Shown here: piece by piece, positions 1-12,331 of the stretch
Layout: the number at the start of each line of letters is the position of its first letter
How positions within the stretch are numbered: position 1 is the first letter of the stretch
Origin: Sarea resinae
Taxonomy: Eukaryota
Direction of reading: 5' to 3'
DNA length: 64,000 nt
Assembly: GCA_026026165.1 (NCBI GenBank)
Contig: JAPEUD010000054.1
Coordinates: forward strand, 62,001 to 126,000
Made by a program: the position numbers and the translations under genes
The notes under the pieces: generated by a model
The model's database searches: none
The model's input: the letters and a program-made list of their open reading frames with translations, nothing else
What the model was told of the DNA's origin: nothing

Positions 1-558
<558 letters not shown>

Positions 559-3173
559 CTTGATAGCATTCAATCACGGGCCTCGACAATTATAATTGTG
601 CCCAGCCTGGACCCGCCGCGTACGGGACTTGTGAGATAATCCAGTCAACGAGCGGCGTGCCTGTCGCTATGCGCGTTTTGCGATGATGTTCGTGGGGAAG
701 ACTCGCGCAGGCTCCAGGCGTCGATATGAAAAGACGAGAATCGAAAGAGCGTACGGGGTCGGATTGGATCAGCCGAATAAGGGATGCAAGGACGCGCCCA
801 ATCGTTCCACTGTGGACGGTCGACGCAATGGCGAAAGGCTGGTGGAATAGGATGATGGGCGACGCGCGCAAAGCGTCGAGGACGGCAAGACGATGGGTGA
901 GAAAGAAAAGTCGTCGTCGAATGGCGGCGTGAAGTCGTGGTTCGTCTCTGGAGATTCGGGGTCGGTCACCAGAACAGAGGGATGGATGTTTGGGATGCTA
1001 GGGAATTTCTCCCGTCGCCTGCAGCTTGCAGCGTTCGTCAATATCGAGTCGAGCGAGAGACGTCGCATCCGCTTTAGGGCTGGTGCGAAGGACGGGTAGG
1101 AGGGAGCCCGAGGACTGGTACGGAGGGAGGGAGGGCTATTCTTAGCGGGCAACAGGTAGCTTCGCCTTTTTGGGGACTCCAAGCCGGCTTTGGGACTGTG
1201 CACGTCGAAGATAGAAGAGGCAGAGGAAGAAGAAGGAGAAGACGAAGAAGGCAATCATGAAGTTATTCGCAGATGAGCAGGAACAATATCGAGACCGAAA
1301 GGCGAAAGGCGAAAGGCGACAGATGATGGGAAATACGGAGTGGAATCGTAAAACGACCTCCTCCCAAAAGAGTACGAAGACTCCGTATACTTGGCTTTGG
1401 TGATCTGTCAAATTGAAAGAATCGCCGTCAGGCTACCCAGGTAGGGTTGTAGTCGAAGTGGGTGGCCTCGCGGAGAATACCTTGCGGTACCAGGGCTGGC
1501 CGATGTTGGGCGTGACGGCACCAAGTACCTGCGGGTACCCACGCCTTTCGATCTGGTCTTGGTGACATGAGGAGCGTGAACCCCAATGGTGAACCCTACC
1601 GCAAGGTGGGAGAGAAGAGCCTCTTCTACAATGCTCGTGCTCGTACAGAGCTAGAGCTGATCGATTCCATCCTCGACCTCATGGAGACGGCGCCCTTCTG
1701 CTCCTGGAAGCAGCCGTGGTGTTCGTCTCAACGCGTCCTACGTACTCCGTAGCCAACACCAGGGACAACAGCCTGCAACACCGTACCACTACTATGTATG
1801 ATCCCACCTCTTTACTACCTACTGACACGCTCGGCATCTCAAGCTTCCATCCTCTCCCGCAGAGAAGAAGGTCCGGTACACAGTACTCAGTAGGTGACTG
1901 CAGGTGGCCAGGGTCGAGCCAGCGCCTCCCCCCAGCCAGCAAGCACGCGCGTCATCACTAGAGTACGGAGTAGACTATCGACCGGAAATGAGATGAGATG
2001 CCCAAGCTTTTCTTACCAATCCACCAGACAATCATCAGATCCAATTCGATTCATCACTCGCATCGTAGCTTCATGATCGCCCAGCTCCTCCCCTTCCTTT
2101 CCCGAAATCGTCACTCCCTTGACCGTCGCAGTTAGTCCCGCCCGCGCCAATGCAAGGGTTGGTGCTATTTCCTGCCTTCTTAGTCAGGGGCACGCGAACC
2201 CTTCGGTCGCCGGACGGCTCCAGCCAGTGCCGAGAAATCTTCCTCCCTTCAGGTTCCAGCTTCACTCCGGGGCTAGCTGTATACTTGATCCTACTACGAC
2301 CAGACGATGCATTCTGCACTCAGTGCCCTGCCTACAAGGAGCTATGTAAGCCTCCTTCACGGAACTCACAATCGCCCCAGTGCTCGGAAGACTGGAGCAA
2401 ATGGATGGCCTATAGATATATAGATCGAACCACTGCATTGTAGTTCCTCATACATCCGACTAGAAAGCTACCCTGCTCGATTTTCCACCTTCGCCGCATT
2501 CCAGACCGTGACGGGATTTCCCCGCGGTAAAGTATGATGCCGGTAAGCGGCTTCTCGTGGAAAAGATTTATTGAAAAAAAAGGCAGTAGAAAAAGCCCAT
2601 GATCCATCATCCATGATCCGTCCTCCAATCACCCGAAATGACACCCAGCGCCTTCACCAGCTATGTGAAAGCCCGTACCCGAAGCTAATGAACAGTACTA
2701 TCGCCAATTGTGCAGGAGGGTATTAAAGGAACGAAAGGGGGCAAATGTGGAGAACTTTTCTGCAAATAATGAAGCTATAAAAGCAAACTGCGTGAGAAAA
2801 CTTACCGGCTTTTGCCCAACTTCCGTCCACCGAGGTACTCTGCTTAAGTCCGTTTCCAACCAAGGACTAAGGATCTTTTCAAATTACCTAACCAGAACCC
2901 ATTCTGGTAATGAAGCAAGCCAAGTCATCTGAGATGGCTTTGCCACAATAGTAGTCAACATCATCTGACAGCCAGAAGCTTCTCGCTCTGCAGCTGTAGA
3001 AAGCGATGGTTGTGCTCAATTAGAAGCGAGCGAGGAGAGAAATTCTAGTCATGAAGAATTTGCACTATGTGTGGGCGGCAGATCGCCACATCGAGATCGA
3101 TTGAACATCATCGCAATGGGAAGTCGGTTGCCAGACGAATGCGCTCGTTCCGATATACATTGATTGAACAACA

Positions 3174-6092
3174 TCATTTTGAGCGAGATCGTTTCGTATC
3201 TGATAGTCCCTGAATTAGATACCATATTGAGAAAGTCGAACTGTTCATACCTTGATTCTCTGATTGTCCGGCTGCATCTTCATCATGTTCAGTCCAGCTT
3301 CGTTTGGTTATATTCGGTTGTGCATTTCCAGAAGAACTCATCTTACGATCCTTCTCAGGTGTGAGGTTATGATTCGCTTCTTCGTCTTGATCGATTTCGA
3401 ATTCAATCTCGTCTGTGTCGCCCATGGGCTCTCCGTGGCTTACTGCAGGGTCTGATGCATTAACTTGTTCCATGCTGTCGTGATCGGAAGGCTCTTCTAC
3501 TAATTCATAGTCGTCTTCAAGGAGATTAGACTCCTTGTCGTGCTCGCCATTACTGTCCGCATTAGGGAAGGCTTCGTTGGCCGCTATTTCGCCGCCAGTA
3601 TGACCTGACAAATCTTGCGGCTCCTCCGCATACTCTATATGATCTTGATTGTAGTCATCCCGATGACTGAAGTCACCTTCATCTGCATGGTCGTGGTCAT
3701 TCGACCAATCGTTCTCGTGAGACCCTTTGGGAGAAACATCGAAGTGATCTAGATTTTCGTGGTCTGCAGATACATACGCTGCTTCGCTATGCTCGATGTT
3801 ACTCTGATCGAGGCTGGCGTCAACCGTCTCATCTCTCACTGGGCCGTTGATTTCTTCGTTCTCATACGTGAGGCTACCTTCCTCGTAATTGGTTTCGACT
3901 TCGTGCTCCGCAGTCTGACTGTGCTGCGAAGCGTGATCGCCGGCAAGCTCCTCTTCGTAAGGTTCTTCGGCGCTTGAAGCTTCTATGACACCATGTTGAG
4001 TGTTTGATTCGTTAGAACGTTGGGCGGAAGTCTTGCTTGGACTAGTAGATCCTTCTGCAACGCGTTAGTGGATATTGCTCTCACACCTATAATAATTGGC
4101 AAGGGGATATAACAAACCATTAGTTACTTGAGGATCATCATCTTGAAGGGTGGATGAGCCAGTAGACCCAGTCTTTCCGACCGCTTCTTCAAGATCTTCA
4201 TCTTCGTAGGTAATTTCGTCTTCATCTTCGGCTAAAGATTTGTGACCTGAAGGGGGATCAGAAAATCCACTAATGTCCACTGTCTGTTTGAGGGCGTCAC
4301 TAGTCAGGACAGTTGAATTGCGTGCATCAGATGCTGCTTCCGCAACAGGACGATCTTGTAGAACCGTCTCATCATGAGTCTCTTCGGGTATTTTCTGTTC
4401 GAGGTATGGCTCTTCGGTCACGGAATCATGCCCTTGCAGAGATTCTTTCTCGATATCGTCGTCGCCGACCTTTCCGTTAGCGACTTCTTCGAGGCCTTCT
4501 TCGAGGCCGTGGTCTTTGAAATGGGCTTCTTCATGAGTGGCTTCTCTGTACCCGTTTTCTTCAAGGCCGAACTTGTCTTCTTCATGCCCATAGCTACCTT
4601 CTCCATGGCCGTGGTTGTCCTCTTCGCTATTGGATTCTCCATCGCCATCTTCTTCGTGTGTTATCTCTTCTTCATGTGTCTTCTCTTCTTCATGTGTCGT
4701 CTCTTCTTCATGTGTCGTCTCTTCTTCATGTGTCGTCTCTTCTTCATGTGTCGTCTCTTCTTCATGTGTCGTCTCTTCTTCATGTGCACCTTCACCACTG
4801 AAGCTGTCATCTGCGTCTCCTGCGAAATGATCTCCGTCGCCAGATCCATCCCAAAACGAAAGTTGGGAGAGTCCCTTGCCTTCGCCTACTGCTGAGGCAA
4901 GATCATTGAACCGTTTAGAAAACCTCACCTTCGTGCTTAGAGTCACATATAACGGTTCCGGGGCTTGTACCTCGTCATTTTGCAGTAGTTTCACATACAT
5001 GTCCAAGATTTGTGAAAGAGTGTAGATAGAGGCATGTTGAGAATCCTAGAAGGTTAGCGGATGCCAGTTTCTAGATTTGGAAAATAAGATGCTTACTTCG
5101 CTGACGGTTAAGCCCAGCTCCTCGAAAGATATCTCTAATTCGTCTTCCTCGCCAATACTATCCGCCAGGATAGATCTGCACGCAATAAGAAGGTCATAGA
5201 GACTACCATGAGCTAGAGATTCATCTTGCAGCAAGAAAGTATCCGAGGCGTCTTGATTTGAAGGTGGAAACAAGGACATCTCATTACCCTGGTACAGTAT
5301 GACAATAGGATGTAACGTGGCTTTTGGTTCTGCGCTCTCGTGCAAGTCTTGAGGAGCAGGGGCTTCCGCTGCGTCTTCTGGAGATGCTAGATGCTGGGCA
5401 TGTGAGGCTTGCTCACTCACTGACGGATCATGTTGGGAGGGGGGCGGCTTGGGTGAATGAACATGGTCAGACGGTACACGATCAATTGCTTCTCCTTGAG
5501 CATGTTCGTCCACGAAATCTTCCGTTCCCGTAGCAGGTTGCCCTTCATCTGTGGAGTAGACCTGGCCGTCGAAATGTTCTTCTTGTGCTTGAAATACAGG
5601 TTGTAAAGACTCCTCTCCGACTACGAGCTCATTCACAACCCCAGATGGGTGGGGGCTCTCAGGAGTAGGGTTCTCCTCGCTTTGTAAAGTCTCGGGCACG
5701 GAGCCCTCGGGCAACTGTGTTGGCACGTTATGATCCGAGCCGTATGAGGGGCCAGTTGGAGACTCTTCGCGGATGGCATTAGTCGCGTCGTAAAGCTCTT
5801 CGTCTTGCAAGACCACGTCTTCTTCAATGGCGCCATCCTCATCGAGCATAATATCATCATGGCTGACTTCGGTCACTGATCGATGATCCCCCTCCAGCTC
5901 GGACTTCGCATCTTCAATGATGTAGTCGTCGTCGTCTTGTTGTGCAGGAGCTTGATCTTCGGTCAAATCGATATCAATGTCGATATCATCGTCCATATCA
6001 ATGTGACGGTCTAGGTCAGAAGACATCTCCATGTCCTCCTCGGGCATCATGACCGGGAGATACGGAGTGGTCCCCGTTTGAGCCGAAGCCAT
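3174..6092 (-). CDS. Large acidic low-complexity protein with a DUF2420 (Rmr1-like) domain, about 4 exons
   Basis: ORFs 5046-6092, 4065-5006 and 3174-3839 are linked by GT-AG introns. The conserved-looking block HPIVILYQGNEMSLFPP...FLLQDESLAHGSLYDLLIACRSIL...ELEISFEELGLTVSE...LYVTLSTKVRF sits in D/E-rich sequence. Confidence 0.72.
4648..4788 (-). repeat. Coding 18-bp minisatellite, about 8 units, encoding (T/K/I)THEEE
   Basis: TCTTCTTCATGTGTCGTC repeated in tandem: 5 perfect copies plus flanking variants. Confidence 0.95.
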
Positions 6093-7470
6093 CAGAACTG
6101 GATAGACAGTAGCCTCGTCACAAGATCAAATATCTCTTCGATGTCTTCTTTATGGAAAGAGACTATGCGTTGTATGGCCAGTCAAGTGCCTCAAACGCAC
6201 AGGTTGAGGTTGATCGAGCGAAGAGTGGCCTTGAGGTTCCGACGCGTCGTGGAGATTGTAGGTCAAAGAGGGTTGGAAAGGTGTGCTATGGTTAGTAAAG
6301 ACCTAAGAGGGAAAAAGAACATCGAAGGAAAGTGGACAGGTAGAGGGAATAGATGATGATGGATTCAACAGGAGGATGAGACGCAGGCAGGATAAGGATG
6401 TGGTGAGAAAGACAAGGCAGCTTCGCGGTCTGTCTGAAGAGTCGCCGGCCAGGTAACGTAAAGGGAGACTGGTGGAGAGTGGAGGGTGTGAGGGTGTGAG
6501 GGGACTAGGTGGAGAGAGAGATGACGGTTGTTTTGCCGAGAGATGAAGAAGATGGATGGAACAGAGGTGATGGGTTGAAGATCAAGAGTTCTGGTCAACG
6601 CCCTGAGGTCAAAGGGATAGATGTACGGAGTACGACGCAGGTATCAGCGCGAGTGAGGATTCCAGCTTGGGACGGGGACAAGTGGCAGACAGCGCTGGAG
6701 TAGTGAACAGTGAAGGTGTGACGGGTGGGACCGCGGAACGCATTACGGATTACGGGGAGCGTTTGCGACAAGGTTGGCATTTGCATGGAGTCGCTTGACA
6801 CGGCCGTCCAAGGTTGCCAAAGGCGCAGCTGGGGGCTTTCTTGCAGTGGACTCCACCTCAGCCTCCAGCTGTGGCTACTAATTGCTGAACGGCCCGTGCC
6901 GTAAGTCCTACGGACTGGAGTGGAGTCATTCGAGCGCTCCCTAACCCCCTTTCCTATTCCATCCGTGGACTACCAGACGAAGAAGGACTACCTTACTTGG
7001 ATATATAGTCATCTTCTGTGTCGGAGAGGAGTCTCCGACAGAGGCTCTTAGAGGTTGCCTTGGTCCGACTCGCGTTGGAGTTTAATCGAGAGTCCGCCAG
7101 AATGCAGATTGTGATTTGTACCATCATGTGTTCATCCCATCGGCTCGAGTGGGCTATGACCCTCGTGCAGAACTCCAAATAGCGAAAGGATCAATTACAG
7201 ACAGGTCGTTGAATGACCCTGAAATTGGCTCAGGACAGTCGCTTTGACCTCCTGAGCCCAAACGGATAGATGGCGAAAATGTCCAACTACCTTATCCACT
7301 CGGACACTCTAACGGTGGCTATGGCCTCTGGGTTGTCTTGATCTTTCGGATTATGGGCTGATGGTATGCGTCTATATGAGGCTGCCTTCTTCTCGTCGTT
7401 GATATCCAGCTCTAGGCTGTGTCGAGGTTCTTTTCTGCTCGTGCTGCGCGTAGCATGCTGAATATCGAAA

Positions 7471-9467
7471 ATGTTGCATCTCAACAAATGTTCGCAACTC
7501 GGATGCATGGTACTGATCTTGCTCTGCTGTTCTCAGTTTAGCTATGGACGGCGAGAAGATCGACATAGCCAGATCGACAGAAATGCTACCGGTGTCACAC
7601 CTGTCGATACTACTATCGATTGGCTGCCATGCCCCTTCAACGATGCGCCTGGTGTCGAAGCCGACTTCGATTGTGCCAACTTCACCGTGCCACTCGACTA
7701 TTCAGATAGCTCTTCTAACCAAACATTGGAATTGTCTCTGGTACGGTTGAATGCAACAAAGCGCCCATCCAAGGGGAGCGTCCTACTCAACCCCGGAGGC
7801 CCTGGGGGCAGTGGGTTCTTGGACGTTGTAGGTTCGGGCGTGGCCACTTCAACGTAGGTCTTCTAGGGTACGACAAGATCTAAACCTTAAACTCAAAGCA
7901 CTACAGGGTGGTTGGAGGCGCTTTCGACTTGGTTGGTTGGGACCCTAGGTATGAGTTGGACTCCCATTGCGAGCCCGACTTACGATGATAGGGGCGTTCG
8001 CAACACTTTGCCTTTTCTTTGCTATCACAACCAGTCCGAGCAGACTGCTGCACTTGAGAAGCTTCCAAAGGATCTCAATGCTTCTGATACTGCCCCTGGT
8101 AACGTCTGGACTAGCATGGAGCTCATTAGCGACCTATGCAATGATACCGCGAAAGATGTCGGCGAATTAATCGGCACGACTTTTGTGGTGCGAGATATGG
8201 TCAACATCATTGATGCTCTAGGCGAAGATGGCAAGCTGAGGTACTGGGGTAAGTGGATTAAATCGTTTGTAGGATTTCGAGTCCCCGGAATTGATACCAA
8301 GCTATCTAGGAACATCGTATGGTACAATATTGGGGGCAACATTTGCAGCAATGTTTCCAGAAAAGGTTGACAAAGTCGTCCTTGATGCAGTCGCAAATTC
8401 TCACGATTACCAAGCCGGATTGTACGTAAAATGCTCCACTTCCATTATCTGTGACTTACAACCTGCAGTATGAAGCAGGCCATAGTAGACACAGATGGGG
8501 CCCTAGATGGCTTCTATTCCGGTTGCATTGATGCCTCTGACGGCTGCGTTTTGGCCCAGGGGAGGACCGCTAAGGAGCTTTCATCTGAAGTGGGCCTTTT
8601 TCTAGAAAAGCTCAAGTATAGTCCGATTCCAGTACCGGATGCTGAAAGTCCAGGCACTATCACGTATGAGAACGTAAAAGCAACGATCTTCAGTACACTT
8701 TATCGGCCCGAGCAATGGTCTTCGCTTGCCTCGGATCTGAACCAGGTCATGGCCGGAAACGTCACGGATCTGTCATTGCTCGCTCCCTCGACTCCATCTG
8801 AGGATGGTATCGACGGGTTGGTCAACATGGGAATTAGGTGTGGTGACTCCTTCCCTCCGTCAGCGAAGCTGGAAGAACTCGCCCCAGTCGTGAGAGAGGA
8901 AGAAAACTTGAGCGCTTTTGCCGGCAGCTTATATGCAACGGATCTCTTTGGGTGCGTTAACTGGAAGATTCAAGCAAAAGAACGCTACTCTGGAGATTTC
9001 GTGGCCAACACAAGTTTCCCGTTATTGTTCATCGGGAATTCCTATGATCCAGTCACGCCATTGGCGTCGGCACTCAATATGAGCGCGGGATTTGCAAACA
9101 GTGCGGTTCTTCATCAGAACAGCTACGGAGTGAGCTTTTCCTATTTTTCCACATAGCAAGTGCTGACATCCTACAGCATGGCTCTCTTGCACAGCCTTCG
9201 CTATGCACAGCCAAGGTCATTCAAGCCTACTTCAACAATGGCACGGTCCCAAAAAACGGAACGGTTTGCCAACCCGATGCGAAACTGTTTGCCAATGCGT
9301 CTCTATCAGATTTCCTTAGAGAGCTCAATGAGTCTAGCAGTGATCGCTCCGGCAAGCTGCAAGCGAGGAGCTCGGATCTATCTGAAAATCAAGGTGGTTT
9401 GAGCGCTCAGGATGCCGAACTTTTGGACGCTTTAGGGGCTCTGAGCAGAAGAACAACAAACTGGTGA
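7471..9467 (+). CDS. Secreted alpha/beta-hydrolase, peptidase S33 / tripeptidyl-aminopeptidase (TAP)-like, 6 exons
   Basis: Hydrophobic N-terminus, CANFTVPLDY, LLNPGGPGGSG, DLVGWDPRG, nucleophile elbow G-T-S-Y-G, catalytic Asp in GNSYDPVTP, and His at the start of the last exon (HGSLAQPSLCT). Stop TGA at 9465-9467. Confidence 0.9.
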
Positions 9468-10129
9468 CACTTGAATCAGAAAGCTTAGCGTTCCTATTAA
9501 CACGACTACTCTTGTACGAACATATAAATTGTAAGGATGGATTACTCGAATATTGAAGAGCTGAGGATAATATGTTAGGGAAATTCATTTTTATGAGCAA
9601 AATTTGTATCACAAGGCATTCTGTCTAATACCGTCACTATTTGACGCTCATTCCTTAATTTTACTGTCATAGATAACAGCAGATCAAATTTAAAGAGGTC
9701 GGGATGTGATTTGATTCTCGAGCTCACTACCAAAGGAACGCATCTGACATTCAATATGCGTATCACCATCCGTGACTCCATGAGCCACGGTGATTTACCT
9801 AGGGCACTAGCCTTCAAGTAACGAGGAGTGGAGTTGATAAGGTACCTTACCTTCCAAGTTAGTAAGGTAACTTAACCTGGAAGCGTCCGAGTCTGCAGTC
9901 CTAGTCCGGAACTGGCTAACGTATTTATCCAGGCAGCTGAGATACGGGGGACGACACGACTTCTTTGAACAAGACACCTAAACGGCACCCTTTCTCTCCT
10001 CCAGCCTCGAGACTTGCCCTGGTGTTTGATGGTGATCGCATCTTCATCTCTAGGGAATTTCGACTCATTGTACCGTCCTGCCTCCGCTTGGGTCATAGCA
10101 GGCCAGCATAGCAGCATACTTTTGCGACC

Positions 10130-11891
10130 ATGGTGAGTAGAGGGGCGGATTTCCCGCCGTCTTCTATCGTTGCTCACTATGTCTAGGTCGTACTCGCAGC
10201 TTCGATATGCACCAGAGGTGGGAAGGCAGTGCTCTCTCGACAATTTCGTGAGATCGCGCGCTCCCGGATTGAAGCACTTCTCGCCGGATTCCCAAAGCTT
10301 GCCGACTCTGGAACCCAACACACCACCGTCGAGCAAGACAATGTTCGATTCGTCTACCAGCCCCTCGACGAGCTCTACATGGTCCTCATCACGAATCGCC
10401 AGTCCAACATCCTCCAGGACATTGATTCGCTGCACCTATTTGCACAGGTTGTCACAAGCATTTGCAAGAGCCTTGACGAGGTGGAAATCCTTAGAAATGC
10501 GTTCGAACTGCTGAGCGCATTTGATGAGCTGGTAACTCTAGGCTACCGAGAGAATTTGTCTCTGAATCAAATCAAGACCTTCTTGGAGATGGAAAGTCAT
10601 GAGGAGAGGATTCAAGAGATCATAGCAAGGGTGGGCATATTCAGTCCTAGTCTGGTTGCGATTGGCACTAATTGTACACAGAACAAAGAATTAGAGGCAA
10701 GTGAAGAGCGGAAGAGGAAGGCAAAGCAACTCGAGCTTCAACGGAAGGAGATGTCACGCAACAACCGGAACTCCATACCTCGCGCTCCTTCATATCCAAC
10801 ATATACCCCGCCGGCCCGGCCTACAGTCCCCGATACTTATGACAGCTATGAAGCGGAAAGAAATAAGACATTCAAGTATGTTTACTGCCCGACTCAGCAG
10901 TCCGTCCAATCGCTAATATCCTTCCAGGCCTAGTGTTCCCAAAGGCAAAGGCATGCAACTCGGTAAGAAGTCTAGGACTAATGACATGTTCGAGCGCGTT
11001 CGAGGAGACCTTGGGCCCGAGCCCGAAGAATCGTCGCCTCTGGTCCCAAATACGCCAGTCGCAGGATCTTCAGAAAAGCCACCATCGGCCAGGGTCTCCT
11101 TATCTTTGGACAGAGAGGGCGTCCATGTCACAATTGCCGAAACCATTTCAGCCAAGCTCTCACGAGAGGGATCCTTGAAATTCTTCGAAGTGAAAGGCGA
11201 CCTTCAGTTGCGCATCCTGGATCCATCCCTTACGAAAGTGAAATTAGATCTCCTTGCCGACGCGGGCAATGGGGCACAATTCCGTACTCATCCTAATGTG
11301 GACAAAGCGCTTTTCACCAGCTCCAAAGCCATACAGTTGAAGGATCCCGCAAAGGGCTTTCCCACGAACAACTCCGTTGGTGTCCTACGGTGGAAGGCCA
11401 ATGCCAAGGCTGATGCCAGTGATATCCTACCAATTACGTTCACCGTGTGGGTGAACAAGGGTTCTGAAGACTCATACACGATCACAGTCGAATATGAGTT
11501 GACTGGAGGTGATACTCTGAGGGATGTTGTGCTCACAATACCTTACGTGACGAGCGAGCCCGCAGTGTCAAGCTTTGATGCCGTCTACGAGGTATCCGGA
11601 GACAGCCTGGAGTGGACAATCGGAACTGTTGATGAAGAGAATCAATCTGGAGCTTTTGAATTCGAGGCACAGGCAGAGGATGATAGTGAATTCTTCCCCA
11701 TGACGGTCCGTTTCTCGAAGACGAAGCCTTTCGTAAATGTGGATGTGAGTACCCCTCCAAAAACATCTCACTTCGCTGTGATTCTCATGAGTGGTTCTTA
11801 GGTGTCGTCGGTCACATTGCTTGATATGAACGAAGACGTGTCTTTCTCTAAGGATGTCAAGTCGACGGCAGAGTCCTACTTGATCGAGTAG
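10130..11891 (+). CDS. RET2: Coatomer (COPI) subunit delta
   Basis: ATG-only first exon, then VVLAASICTRGGKAVLSRQFREI...VRFVYQPLDELYMVLITNRQSNILQDI (longin domain) and a C-terminal mu-homology domain (FRTHPNVDK, VGVLRW, FFPMTVRF). Confidence 0.95.
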
Positions 11892-12179
11892 GATCAAAGG
11901 GTGCACCAAAATTCTTCCACCATAAAAACTGATCTGGTGAGGGGCTTGTTTCTCGGGCGAAGCTGGAGGCTCCATGAAGTTTTCTTTAGCTCAAGTACAC
12001 TGAAGTCTACAGTGTAAGCTAGCAATGCAATAGAAATGATTCATCATGATCCCGAGCATACCAATGAGGTGAATATTCGTAGAGTGGCTTAATCCGTGAA
12101 GTTCGACTGCGTTCTGGTTGTGTCGCTTAGAACCTATCGACGTAGATTGCACCCAAAAGTTCCTCACGTCTCTCGAGCC

Positions 12180-12191
12180 GAGACGCGTCTC
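12180..12191. promoter_or_regulatory. Perfect palindrome GAGACGCGTCTC containing an MCB-like core (ACGCGT), upstream of APC4
   Basis: Seen directly about 140 bp upstream of the APC4 ATG. Function is inferred. Confidence 0.35.
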
Positions 12192-12331
12192 CCCAAGCGC
12201 CGTAGCGGCTTACAACAAAAGCTTTTGGCGCAATCGAACGATTGAACAATAGAAGAATTTCCTGTTTCCAGGTGATAGTCTCAACGTTGTTTCAACAAGG
12301 CTGCTAGGCTACAGCCCATCGTCCATCTGTC

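Noticed and set aside
1560..1760. Possible structured RNA or small ORF (MRSVNPNGEPY...)
   Set aside because: No recognisable RNase P/MRP, snRNA, SRP or group I intron motifs, and the ORF is short and featureless.
4648..4788. Repeat array as a CRISPR
   Set aside because: Units are directly adjacent with no spacers, lie inside a fungal CDS, and there are no cas genes.
4374..4895. + strand ORF with (CRLFFM)n repeats and other-frame repeat ORFs (KKRRHM)n
   Set aside because: Antisense or alternative-frame shadows of the coding 18-bp minisatellite.
9838..9849. Palindrome TAAGGTACCTTA upstream of RET2
   Set aside because: TACCT/AGGTA-type low-complexity words are common throughout these intergenic regions, and there is no specific support.
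10130..10186. ATG-only first coding exon in RET2 (and likely the GT8 gene)
   Set aside because: Start-codon introns are commonplace in fungi.
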